From positions 544,001 through 608,000 of the forward strand of contig OZ218778.1 in the NCBI GenBank assembly GCA_965112635.1: DNA of 64,000 nt, in the 5' to 3' direction. Below the pieces are notes generated by a model. It saw only the letters and a program-made list of their open reading frames with translations. It was not told the origin of the DNA and ran no database searches. Below, piece after piece: positions 9,914 through 19,348 of this stretch. Origin of the DNA: an uncultured bacterium (GTDB lineage Bacteria; Oederibacteriota; Oederibacteriia; Oederibacteriales; Oederibacteriaceae). The first letter of the stretch is position 1; the number at the start of each line of letters is the position of its first letter. The position numbers were made by a program, and so were the translations under genes.

Positions 9914-10963
9914 TTAGCGGGCCAGGGTCAGCGCTTTCATCCTCTCGCTTAATTTGACCATAATGAGGCCTTTTTTGGATTTCGTGACCAGGACCCCAGC
10001 TGCTCCCTTATACCTTTCCAGGAGCTCCATACCCTGGGACTTGCCCCCCACCAGCAAAACCGAGCTCAGCGCGTCGGCCCAAGTGCCCTCGCGGCCGTCC
10101 TCGGGCCGGTCCAGATAGACCGCAGCGGCCACGGCGCTCAGGAGCGGCTTGCCCGTCCTGGGGTCCATCATATGGTAGTAGATATCGTCCTTGCCTTTGA
10201 AATAACTCTCATAGTAACCGGCCGTGCACAAAGTTCCTTCGGTCAGCTGGAGCATGACAATGACTTTGGAGGGGTTGGCGGGGTCTGGGACGGCCAGGTT
10301 CCATTTCTTGCCGTCAGGTCCGTGTCCCATGACTTTCGTGTGGGCGCCGTCGCTGATCTTGGCGTTCAGGACCCCATACCCCCGTAAAACTACAGCGGCC
10401 AAGTCTAGGGCGTAACCGCTGGCCAGACCTTCCAGGTCCAGGCCCATCCCTTCCAGGTTGAACCGCACGGTCTGTCTCTGGGGATGCGTGATGAAATTTT
10501 TATAATTGCTCAGCTGGTGCGCCTCATCCAGGGCCGTTTTATCCGGCACCCTCTCGGTCCTGCCTTCAGCCGTGTTCCAGGCGCGCATCTCAGGCTCCAT
10601 CGAAATATCAAAAACCCCCTCCGACAGGCTGGTCACCTTGAGGCCTAGCTGCAAAAGCTCCCACATCTCGGGAGACACGCTGACCTCCCGGCGGAACGCT
10701 TCTTGGTTGATAAGGTTCAATTCGCTGTCCTGCCTGGACAGGCTGACCAACTGGTCCACCTTCTTGATGGCCTCAAAGGCATGGCGGAAGACTATCCAGC
10801 TCTTAAGAGCCGGCACGCCCACCAGGGTGACCTCCCAGTCCGAACCCATGATGACCTGCCTTTCGGTATAGACCGCTGTCCGGCTGGAGCAGGAAACTAG
10901 CAGGCCGCCCAAACACCCCACGAATAACACGAGTAGTTTCCCCTTGTTCATCAAAGCAGACAT
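9914..10963 (-). CDS. apbE: FAD:protein FMN transferase (ApbE family) lipoprotein
   Basis: Lipobox LLVSC; IMGS, SELNLIN, GVFDIS, HMMDPRTG and ADALS motifs. Confidence 0.85.
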   Translation of the reverse strand: MSALMNKGKLLVLFVGCLGGLLVSCSSRTAVYTERQVIMGSDWEVTLVGVPALKSWIVFRHAFEAIKKVDQLVSLSRQDSELNLINQEAFRREVSVSPEMWELLQLGLKVTSLSEGVFDISMEPEMRAWNTAEGRTERVPDKTALDEAHQLSNYKNFITHPQRQTVRFNLEGMGLDLEGLASGYALDLAAVVLRGYGVLNAKISDGAHTKVMGHGPDGKKWNLAVPDPANPSKVIVMLQLTEGTLCTAGYYESYFKGKDDIYYHMMDPRTGKPLLSAVAAAVYLDRPEDGREGTWADALSSVLLVGGKSQGMELLERYKGAAGVLVTKSKKGLIMVKLSERMKALTLAR

Positions 10964-10990
10964 GATTTCCTCCTCAGATTAACTGACGGG

Positions 10991-12229
10991 TCAGCGGTAC
11001 TTGTCCAGAGGCACGAGGTCGTTGATCTTGATGGGCCGGCCTTCTTTGATGGACTTGTTGGCGGCGCAGCCGATCAGGATGGAAACTGCCCCGGCAAAAG
11101 AACCGGCCTTGAGATTGAGCGGGTCGGGCACATTGCCCTCGAAGAGCATGCGCCTCAGTTTGGTATCGGCGCCTCCGTGATCACCTTCTTCGGGTGCCAC
11201 CGTGTGGGTGACCTTGTGTCCCTGATGGGGATAAACATCGATACGGTAGAGCTTATCAGTGTGGTAAGGCGATGACACACTGTTGAACTCCAGGATGCCC
11301 TTGCTTCCGTTGAGGCTGACCTTATACCCCTCATAGGGATGGGGGTGGTAGGAGATCAGGGAATAGGTCAAAAGCGCCCCTTTGGAATATTTGAGGGTCA
11401 GGGACATGGTGTCCTCGATGTCGATGTCATCCGCGAAAACACAACGGTCGCGGAAATACTGGTCCGCCGTCTCGCACTCCGAATAAAGCGCCCGGGTGGT
11501 CTCGTCGGCGTTGATGTCCCAGAAGAACTCGCAGGTCTTGGTATGGCTGCAGGTGAGGCAGCGCTCGCCCCGCTCCTTGCGGGTGGGGCCGTAGACCCGG
11601 CGGGACCCAAAGGCCATGAGTTCCAGCGGTTCTTCCTCGAGCCACCAGTTGATGAGGTCGAAATGGTGGGTGGCCTTGTGGATCAAAAGCCCTCCGGAAT
11701 TTTCCTTCCTGCGGTGCCACCGGCGGTAATAGTCCGCCCCGTGCGAGGTGTCCAGGATGTATTCATAGTCCACGCCCAGGATCTGGCCGAGGACCCCGCT
11801 CTTCAAGATCTCTTTGACCGCCACGTTGTAGGAAATAAAGCGATAATTGAAGGTCACAACGACCTTAATCCCAGTCCTTTTTTCGGCGTCCAGGATGGCC
11901 CGGCACTTGTTCTCGTCGATGGTCATGGGCTTTTCCGTAATGGGTTCGATGCCTGCCTCCAGGCACTTGATGATGTAATGGTCATGCGTCTTGTCGATGG
12001 TCGTGATGATGGCCCTGTCCGGCTTGAGCTCCTTGAGCATCTTGTCAAAATCCGTGTAGGAGGGGCAGTCCACACCCGTATCCTTTTTAAAGGCCTCGCA
12101 GCGCAAGAGGTTGGGGTCAAACAGCCCGATGATCTGACAGCAGTGCCCAAACTCTTTCACCATAGGCCGGGCGAACATGAAATCCGCCCTCCAGCTGGCT
12201 CCGATGAGCACGTAGGTTTTTTTGTCCAT
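10991..12229 (-). CDS. Gfo/Idh/MocA-family oxidoreductase
   Basis: EKPM motif, FNYR, HGADYYRRWHR, HKATHHFDL, HGGAD. Confidence 0.9.
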   Translation of the reverse strand: MDKKTYVLIGASWRADFMFARPMVKEFGHCCQIIGLFDPNLLRCEAFKKDTGVDCPSYTDFDKMLKELKPDRAIITTIDKTHDHYIIKCLEAGIEPITEKPMTIDENKCRAILDAEKRTGIKVVVTFNYRFISYNVAVKEILKSGVLGQILGVDYEYILDTSHGADYYRRWHRRKENSGGLLIHKATHHFDLINWWLEEEPLELMAFGSRRVYGPTRKERGERCLTCSHTKTCEFFWDINADETTRALYSECETADQYFRDRCVFADDIDIEDTMSLTLKYSKGALLTYSLISYHPHPYEGYKVSLNGSKGILEFNSVSSPYHTDKLYRIDVYPHQGHKVTHTVAPEEGDHGGADTKLRRMLFEGNVPDPLNLKAGSFAGAVSILIGCAANKSIKEGRPIKINDLVPLDKYR

Positions 12230-12290
12230 TTTTAGGCTCCTCCTTTAGCGGGTATGTTTGTTTTTTCGGTTAGGCCTGCGGGCCAGGTCA

Positions 12291-13877
12291 TCAATCCTGG
12301 TCGATCAAAGCCTTGATGGATAATTCTTCCTCGTTTGGAGAAAAACCCTGCAGGTGCCTAGCCAGATGCCTGGCCAGGCTTTCGTAATGGGCCGTTTCAT
12401 TGGTTTTGAGCACCGTGAATATCTCGTCTTTATATAGGTTTTTTCCGGCCTCGTCCTTGCCCGACAGGATGGACCCGAAGGTCACGTGCAGCATCTGCCG
12501 GGTGTCGAACTGGTCCAGGCAGGCGGGCAATTCGGCCTCGGCGACATGCTCCGGCACAGGCACTTTGGTCATGTCCGCGGAAACATGGTAGGAGGCCTTA
12601 TCGGTCTCGTAGTGGCTCTGGCCAAAAGTATAGATATGCCTGAAAAGTTCCGGGCTGGTCCCCGCGATGACCCGCAGGGCCTCCAGCCAACTGGTGCCGG
12701 CGGTTTTAAGATGCACGGCCCCTTGGGAGATCTTGGCGCATTTGGGGTACAGGCTGAATTTGTCCGACCCGGAGTGCAGGCTCAGCTTGTAGTCGCCCAT
12801 AAGCTTGGCCACTCCGGCGTGCGCCATATAGGAGGCCTCGAACTGCCTCATGTTTCCGATGTAATCCACGCCTTTCTCGAAGCTCCCCACGAACCTCGGC
12901 GCCAGGCTGACCCATTTGACGCCCAGCCGGTCCAGTTCCCTGGCCACGAAATAATGTTCCTGCGGGGTGGTGGGCGTTTCGGTCTCGTCCACGGACATCT
13001 CCATTTCGAAATTGCCCTCGCCTTTGACGCTCAGGAGGTGCTGGTACATCTTGACGGTGTGAGCGATGGCCTTGCCGTACTTGACGCCGGCCTTGGCGAC
13101 CTCTTCGTCGGTAAAGGTGAGGTAGCCGGACGGGGTCTTGAACTTTTTCTTACCGTAGTTCAGTTTCCACTCGGCGATCGTGGTCCCCAGCTCCTGCCAG
13201 GGAAGGTTGGCGAGTTTTTTCTCCAGCTTGTTGGAGGTGTCGGTGTCCGCCTCGTTGTCCACGTGGGCTCCCGGGTCGATGGTGAACATGGTGAACCCGG
13301 CCTTGGCGCACGCGTCGATGTCCTCGGGGGTCTTCAGATGGTCCGCGTCAGAGCCGTAACCCGTGGTCCAGCCGTACTCAAAAACTCCCCACATGGCGTC
13401 GTCGATGACGTTTTCCGGGGTCCTGCCGGTCCTGCCCATCTCGCGCATGGACTGCTGGGCCAGGACGGGAAAGAACGCGGTGCCCTCGACGGCCTTGAGG
13501 TGTCCTGGTGTGGCCAGGCCCAGCCTGTCCCCGCATCCCACGGACATCCTGCGTCCGACCAGGCACGGGTTGAGGTAGTTTAAGCGCTGTCTTAAAACCG
13601 CGGCATTCTCGTGGGTCAGGGGGAATCTTTTGAGGGTTATATTCTCAACGCTCGCGCTGGGTCCGGCTTCGCCCGTAAAACTTTGGAACGCCTGCTCCTG
13701 GCTGCTCCCCACGACGAGGAACTTTTCCAGTTCCTTCTTGCCCAGGGCATAGAGACTGCCGCCTAAAGCCACGCAGGAGCCCGGATAAACTTCCGCTTCC
13801 AAAGCTTTTTGCAGGATCTCCGCGGCTTGCGGGGCCTTGGTCAACTCAGCTGCGTTACAAAGTTCATTTAAACCCAT
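12291..13877 (-). CDS. uxaE: Tagaturonate/fructuronate epimerase
   Basis: GDRLGLATPGH, AQQSMREM, DADHLK, SVDET, FEKGVDY, LSLHSGSDKF, HLKTAGTSWLEALR, YHVSA. Confidence 0.9.
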   Translation of the reverse strand: MGLNELCNAAELTKAPQAAEILQKALEAEVYPGSCVALGGSLYALGKKELEKFLVVGSSQEQAFQSFTGEAGPSASVENITLKRFPLTHENAAVLRQRLNYLNPCLVGRRMSVGCGDRLGLATPGHLKAVEGTAFFPVLAQQSMREMGRTGRTPENVIDDAMWGVFEYGWTTGYGSDADHLKTPEDIDACAKAGFTMFTIDPGAHVDNEADTDTSNKLEKKLANLPWQELGTTIAEWKLNYGKKKFKTPSGYLTFTDEEVAKAGVKYGKAIAHTVKMYQHLLSVKGEGNFEMEMSVDETETPTTPQEHYFVARELDRLGVKWVSLAPRFVGSFEKGVDYIGNMRQFEASYMAHAGVAKLMGDYKLSLHSGSDKFSLYPKCAKISQGAVHLKTAGTSWLEALRVIAGTSPELFRHIYTFGQSHYETDKASYHVSADMTKVPVPEHVAEAELPACLDQFDTRQMLHVTFGSILSGKDEAGKNLYKDEIFTVLKTNETAHYESLARHLARHLQGFSPNEEELSIKALIDQD

Positions 13878-14024
13878 GTTGTCCCTTTCTATAATTGATT
13901 TAAGGTCATGCCTTCCCCAGCCTGGTACAAAAAAAGCGTTTGGGGTTCAGGGCTACCATATTACCACAACATCAGTCCGGTACTGCAGAAAGGAATGGGT
14001 GCTTTGGCTGGAAAAAAACGGTCT

Positions 14025-15545
14025 TTAGGTGGTTTCCAGGACATGCCCTTTGTCCGACAGGACCACGATATCTTCCCAGTGAAGGGTCGGGTCGGCCACG
14101 ACCTCTATCCTGGCGCCGGTCTCCCTTTCCAGTTCCCCGATATGGCCCTGGGCTTCCTGGTTCACCGTTTTGGCGATCTCAGGGTGGACTTTTACCGTGA
14201 TCTTATTCTCCTTGTGCAGCCTGCAAAATTTAGTCATCAGCCGCTGGACCTTGAGGCTCAGGGTGGTGCTGGACAGGAGCTTGCCTTTGCCGTCGCAATA
14301 GGAGCAGTTCTCGTACATGTTTTGGAACAGGTTGGGCCTGACCCTTTTGCGGGTCATCTGCACCAATCCCAGGTCCGAGATCTCCAAAAGGTTGATGCGC
14401 GCCTTGTCGCTCTGCACGGCATCCGACAGGGCCTTCATCACCTTGTCCCGGTTCTCTGCCTTTTCCATGTCAATGAAATCAATCACGATGATGCCGCCCA
14501 GGTCCCGCAGCCTCAGCTGCCGGGGTATCTCTTCGGCGGCCTCCAGGTTGGTCTTGAGCACGGTCTCTTCTAAACTCTTCTTGCCGGTATATTTGCCGGT
14601 ATTGACGTCGATAACCTCCAAAGCTTCGGTATGATCAAAGATGAGGTAGCCGCCGCTTTTGAGCCAGACCTTGCGCCGCAGCGCCTTTTCGATCTCGCTC
14701 TCCAGGTTGTAGGCGTCAAAAATGGGCTCGCTGTCGTGGTAGTACTTGAGCAGCGACCTGACCTTGGGCGATATCTTCTCGGCCAGGGACACGATCTCCA
14801 GGTAGGCTTGGTAGTCGTCCACCAGGACCTCTTTGATCTGGTCGGTCAGGATGTCGCGCACCACCCGCAGGGGCAGGGACTGTTCGCCGTAGATGAAACT
14901 GGGGGCCTGTTTTTCCTTGGACTGGGCCAGCACGCTCTCCCACTTGGCGGAAAGCTCCTGGGCCTCGGCCTGCAGCTCTTCCTCGCTGGCGCCCTGGCTG
15001 GCCGTGCGGATAATGATCCCGCACTTTTCCGGCTTGATCTTCCACCCGATCTGTTTCAGGCGCTGGCGCTCGGCCTGGTCCGTGATGCGCCGGGAAATGC
15101 CCACGTGGTTGACCCCGGGCAGCAGCACCATGAACCTGCCCGGCAGGGAAACGTAACAGGTCACGCAGGGGCCTTTGGTGCCGATGGCCTCTTTGAACAC
15201 CTGGACCAGGATCTCCTCGCCTTTCCTCAGTAGCTCCGAAACTTTGGCCCTCTTGCGCCGCCTTTTGGGCCTTTGTTCCTCTTCCATTTCTTTTTCCCAG
15301 CGCGGGGAAATGCCTTCGGCCTGCAGGATCTCATCCTCGAACAGGAACCCGTGCTTGCCGATGCCCAGGTCCACGAACGCCGCCTGCATGCCGGGCAGGA
15401 TGCCTGACACCTTGGCCTTAAAAATGCCTCCCACGAGCGGTTTGTCCGTGGTCCGCTCCTGGATGAACTCCACCAGCTTGCCCTTCTCCAGCACAGCCAC
15501 CCGGGTTTCGCCGGGATGAACATTGATCATGATCTCTTTGGCCAC
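14025..15545 (-). CDS. rng: Ribonuclease G/E family (Rne/Rng)
   Basis: S1 domain (LPGMQAAFVDLG), IDVNTG, LRDLGGIIVIDFIDM, MTRKR, CxxC Zn-link. Confidence 0.93.
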   Translation of the reverse strand: MAKEIMINVHPGETRVAVLEKGKLVEFIQERTTDKPLVGGIFKAKVSGILPGMQAAFVDLGIGKHGFLFEDEILQAEGISPRWEKEMEEEQRPKRRRKRAKVSELLRKGEEILVQVFKEAIGTKGPCVTCYVSLPGRFMVLLPGVNHVGISRRITDQAERQRLKQIGWKIKPEKCGIIIRTASQGASEEELQAEAQELSAKWESVLAQSKEKQAPSFIYGEQSLPLRVVRDILTDQIKEVLVDDYQAYLEIVSLAEKISPKVRSLLKYYHDSEPIFDAYNLESEIEKALRRKVWLKSGGYLIFDHTEALEVIDVNTGKYTGKKSLEETVLKTNLEAAEEIPRQLRLRDLGGIIVIDFIDMEKAENRDKVMKALSDAVQSDKARINLLEISDLGLVQMTRKRVRPNLFQNMYENCSYCDGKGKLLSSTTLSLKVQRLMTKFCRLHKENKITVKVHPEIAKTVNQEAQGHIGELERETGARIEVVADPTLHWEDIVVLSDKGHVLETT

Positions 15546-15563
15546 ATTTTCTCCTTTAAATGA

Positions 15564-16304
15564 CTACTTTTTTGAATACTTTCTGATAAAAGCCAGGATC
15601 CTCCGGTTCAGCTCCTCGTGGTCCCTGTCCATGGTCAGTATATGGAACGAATGGTCCAGCCAGACGAGCTCCTTTTGCTTGGAACCCACGGACCTGTAAA
15701 TGATCGGGCCGTTCTCAGGCGGCACCGTGTGGTCCAGATGCGACTGCATGATGAGGATAGGCATCCGTATCTGGGCCAGGTCCTCTCTCACGTGATGGAT
15801 GAGGGTCTTGAGGTTGGTCACCCCGGCCGTGGGGGTCTTGTCGTAACACACGGTCTTGACCTTGTCCTGGATATCCGAACCCAGCTCATGGGTCCATTTC
15901 TGGATATGCTCCCAAAAGGGCAGCAGCCTGAGCCTGGGGTCGGTCAAATACACAGGCGCCGCCATGGATATCACCCCTCGGACAGGCGCGTGCGTAGCCA
16001 GGTGCAAAGCCAACGACCCTCCCATGGAAAGCCCGGCCACAAAAACTGTACTGCAGCTCTTGGCCAGTTCCTGATAGGCCTTGTCCACGCAGGCCACCCA
16101 CTCGTGCCATCTGGTCTTGGCCAGGTTTTCGGGCTTGGTCCCGTGCCCGGGCAGCAGCGGCCCCAGGACCGTGATGCCGGCGTCAGCCAAAAACTTTCCC
16201 AGCGGCTTCATCTCAAAGGGCGTACCTGTGAATCCATGGATGAGCAGACAGCCCACCTTGCCTTTTTTGTAAAAAAACCGGTTTGCACCCACCATCAACT
16301 GCAT
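15564..16304 (-). CDS. Alpha/beta carboxylesterase / monoacylglycerol lipase-like
   Basis: HGFTG oxyanion motif, GLSMGG nucleophile, DHTV and SFH triad residues. Confidence 0.88.
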   Translation of the reverse strand: MQLMVGANRFFYKKGKVGCLLIHGFTGTPFEMKPLGKFLADAGITVLGPLLPGHGTKPENLAKTRWHEWVACVDKAYQELAKSCSTVFVAGLSMGGSLALHLATHAPVRGVISMAAPVYLTDPRLRLLPFWEHIQKWTHELGSDIQDKVKTVCYDKTPTAGVTNLKTLIHHVREDLAQIRMPILIMQSHLDHTVPPENGPIIYRSVGSKQKELVWLDHSFHILTMDRDHEELNRRILAFIRKYSKK

Positions 16305-16329
16305 GATTTTCTCCTGAATGGAAATATTA

Positions 16330-17829
16330 TCACCTTGAAGTTTTTAATAACACCCTTTTTACGGCCTGCTTCCAACCCTCATAAAGCCGGTCCGCCTGGG
16401 CCTTAGGCATCTTAGGCCAAAAGGTCTTATCTTTTTTCCGGGTTTTAGCCAGGCTCTTCTTATCCTTCCAAAAACCAGAGGCCAGTCCGGCCAGAAAGGC
16501 CGCGCCGAGCGCCGTGGTCTCGATGACTTTGGGCCTGACGACCGGGATACCGAGGAGGTCAGCCTGGAACTGCATCAAAAAATCGTTCCTGACCGCTCCG
16601 CCGTCCACCTGCAGCTGCTTGATCCTGATACCCATGTCCCTTTGCATGACCTCGACCACTTCCCGGGTCTGGTAAGCGATGGCTTCCAAAGTGGCCCTGG
16701 CCACATGGGCGCGGGTCGCTCCCCGGGTCAGCCCCACCAGCGCTCCCCGGGCATTCATGTCCCAGTAAGGCGCTCCCAGTCCCACAAAAGCCGGCACCAG
16801 ATAAACGCCGTTGTTGTCCGGAATGGACTTGGCTAAGCCCTCGGTCTCCGCGGCGGTTTGGATGAGATGCAGGGAATCCCGGAGCCACTGCACGCCTGCT
16901 CCGGCGATGAACACGCTGCCCTCCAGGGCATACGCCAGCTTGGAGGAATCATCAGCCGCCAATGTGGTCAAAAGCCCGTGCCGGGACGCGTAAGCCTTGT
17001 TCCCCGTGTTTAATAATAGGAAACAGCCTGTGCCATAGGTGTTTTTGAGCTCTCCCGGTTCAAAACAGGCCTGACCGAACAAAGCCGCCTGTTGGTCACC
17101 GACCACTCCGCACAATGGAATAGGATGGCCGAACACTGCCGGAGAAGTAAATCCATACAGATAAGAAGAAGGACGCACAGTAGGCAGGAGCGACACCGGT
17201 ATGCTGAGTTTTTTGAGGATGTCTTTGTCCCATTCCCCTTTGTGTATATTGAACAACAGGGTACGGGAAGCATTGGTATGGTCCGTGGCATGGATCTTAC
17301 CTCCGGACAGGTTCCACAAAAGCCAGGTATCGATCGTCCCAAAAGCCAGCTCGCCTTTAAGCGCTCGTTTCCTGGCTCCCGGGACATGGTCCAGGATCCA
17401 GGCGGCCTTGGTGCCGGAAAAATACGCGTCCAAAACCAGGCCGGTCCTCTGCCGGAAAAAAGGGGCCAGCCCCTTTTTCTTTAAAGCCTCGCACATCGGG
17501 GCGGTCCGGCGGCACTGCCACACGATGGCCCGGCTGACCGGCTTGCCGGTCTTTCTGTCCCAGAGCAAACAGGTCTCCCGCTGGTTAGTGATGCCGATGG
17601 CCTTGACCTGGTCCGGCCCGACCTTGGTTTTTTTGAGGACCTGGGCCAGGACCGTCTTGACCGACCGCCATATTTCCATGGCATCGTGCTCCACCCAGCC
17701 CGGCTGGGGGTAGTACTGGGTGAATTCCTGGCTGACCTGGCCTTTGACCCTGGCCCGGCTGTCAAAAAACACTGCCCTGCTGCTGGTCGTCCCCTGGTCA
17801 ATGGCTAGGATGTAACCTTTGTTGTCCAA
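16330..17829 (-). CDS. glpK: Glycerol kinase
   Basis: [53 protein letters not shown]. Confidence 0.97.
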   Translation of the reverse strand: MDNKGYILAIDQGTTSSRAVFFDSRARVKGQVSQEFTQYYPQPGWVEHDAMEIWRSVKTVLAQVLKKTKVGPDQVKAIGITNQRETCLLWDRKTGKPVSRAIVWQCRRTAPMCEALKKKGLAPFFRQRTGLVLDAYFSGTKAAWILDHVPGARKRALKGELAFGTIDTWLLWNLSGGKIHATDHTNASRTLLFNIHKGEWDKDILKKLSIPVSLLPTVRPSSYLYGFTSPAVFGHPIPLCGVVGDQQAALFGQACFEPGELKNTYGTGCFLLLNTGNKAYASRHGLLTTLAADDSSKLAYALEGSVFIAGAGVQWLRDSLHLIQTAAETEGLAKSIPDNNGVYLVPAFVGLGAPYWDMNARGALVGLTRGATRAHVARATLEAIAYQTREVVEVMQRDMGIRIKQLQVDGGAVRNDFLMQFQADLLGIPVVRPKVIETTALGAAFLAGLASGFWKDKKSLAKTRKKDKTFWPKMPKAQADRLYEGWKQAVKRVLLKTSR

Positions 17830-17908
17830 ATGGATTCAAGACCTCCGTTTTTAAATTATACAACTTTGTTTTTAAATCCTCCCCCTACAAAGGAGGGTAA
17901 ATACTTAA

Positions 17909-18658
17909 TTAAAAAAGCAGGAGTTTAAGCGAAGCCACAAGGGTCAGCCCCAGCGCCAGGTTCTCGAACACCCGCTGGTTCAGCATTTTGAGGATATAAC
18001 GGCCCAGCAGGGCTCCGGTCACACCCCAGGGCACAAGCCACAGGTCCACCTTGAGCGAGTCGAACTGGATGAGCCCGAGGCCCACGCTAAAAGGCATCTT
18101 GAAAAGGTTCATGATGAAAAAATAGATCGCGCTGGTGCCCATGAACTCCATCTTGGGCAGCCCGGCCGCCAGAAGATACAGGATCATGATGGGACCGGCG
18201 GCGTTGGACACCATGGTCGTGAACCCGGCCAGGAGTCCCATCACCCCGACCCAGAGCAACCCCTGCGGCGGCCGGACCGCTTTATCGGTCTTGGGGCCGC
18301 TCCGGTCCCGGTAAAACTGCAGGCAGACCATGGCCAGCAGGATGGCGCCGATGAGCCGCCGTATCTCCTGCTCGTTGCCTTTGCCCAGGACCAGGCACCC
18401 CAGGACCACCCCGGCCACGGTCCAGGGAAAAAGCCTCCACAGGTGGGACCAGACCGCCAGACGCCGGAAGGACAGGACAGCCACTACATCCGCGCAGATG
18501 AGCACGACCAGCACCACGCCCACGGACGCTTTGCTGGGCAGGACCGTGGCAAAAACAGCCACACCCAGGGCGCTGATGCCGGCGATACCGGTCTTGGACA
18601 TCCCCATCATAAAAGCCGCCGCGCAGGCCGCTACCCACTGCCACGGGCTCAACGACAT
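17909..18658 (-). CDS. TauE/SafE (TSUP) family membrane exporter
   Basis: About 8 TM helices; MGMSKTGIAG, GFTTMVSNAAGP. Confidence 0.85.
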   Translation of the reverse strand: MSLSPWQWVAACAAAFMMGMSKTGIAGISALGVAVFATVLPSKASVGVVLVVLICADVVAVLSFRRLAVWSHLWRLFPWTVAGVVLGCLVLGKGNEQEIRRLIGAILLAMVCLQFYRDRSGPKTDKAVRPPQGLLWVGVMGLLAGFTTMVSNAAGPIMILYLLAAGLPKMEFMGTSAIYFFIMNLFKMPFSVGLGLIQFDSLKVDLWLVPWGVTGALLGRYILKMLNQRVFENLALGLTLVASLKLLLF

Positions 18659-18740
18659 CTTAGGCCTCCTCGGGGTTTGGTTGCTTTTCGGGTGTCAGGT
18701 TCAATGGAAGATGGTCCCGGACCACGACAGGAAAGTACAA

Positions 18741-19280
18741 TTATTTCTGTCCGGCGGCTTTGTCAGAGATTACGGTTTTGGAAGGGATGGCCATGGTCTG
18801 CATTTCGGCCTCCAGGTGCTCCCGGTTGAGCTGGGGCTTTTCATAAGTGGGGTCTGCCTGGCAGCCTTTTTTATAGCAGGACATGGCCTTGGCAAAATCC
18901 TTCTGGTATTCGCAGGCCTGGCCCAGGTTGTTCCAGATGATGGAGCGGTATCTGGGCTTTTTGTTGGTCTTGTCAAAAGAAGCGGCCTTTTCCAGGTATT
19001 CCTTGGCCTTGTCCAGGTTGCGGCGGGTCAGGTAAAAATAACCGATGTTGTTCAGGGCAATGGCTTTGTCCGTGTCCTTGGTGGCCAGCTGCGACGCCTT
19101 GTTGAAATATTCCACCAGCCCCAGCTCATCGCCCCGGTCCATGGCCTCGTGGCCGGCAATGAAAAAATCCCTGGTGGTTTGGGGCGGTTTAGGTGCTTCC
19201 GTGGCCGTGGTCGTGACCTGGCCATAGAGGGCCCCCCAGCCGAGCAGGACCAGGCTCAAAGTCCCCCAAAACCTTTTCAA
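18741..19280 (-). CDS. Exported short TPR protein
   Basis: TTG start at 19280 after AAGGAGG; signal peptide; ALNNIGYFY and IWNNLGQAC TPR units. Confidence 0.8.
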   Translation of the reverse strand: MKRFWGTLSLVLLGWGALYGQVTTTATEAPKPPQTTRDFFIAGHEAMDRGDELGLVEYFNKASQLATKDTDKAIALNNIGYFYLTRRNLDKAKEYLEKAASFDKTNKKPRYRSIIWNNLGQACEYQKDFAKAMSCYKKGCQADPTYEKPQLNREHLEAEMQTMAIPSKTVISDKAAGQK

Positions 19281-19348
19281 ATATGCCTCCTTCAAAGTTA
19301 TATCCCGGTATTTTAGCCCTAAATCCGGCTGTTAGCCAGCGGGCCGGC

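Noticed and set aside
17010-17387. 125-aa Cys-rich alternative-frame ORF coinciding with the glpK codon patch
   Set aside because: It has no RBS or domain, and its Cys/Arg/Ser composition is what an off-frame reading of a real gene gives.
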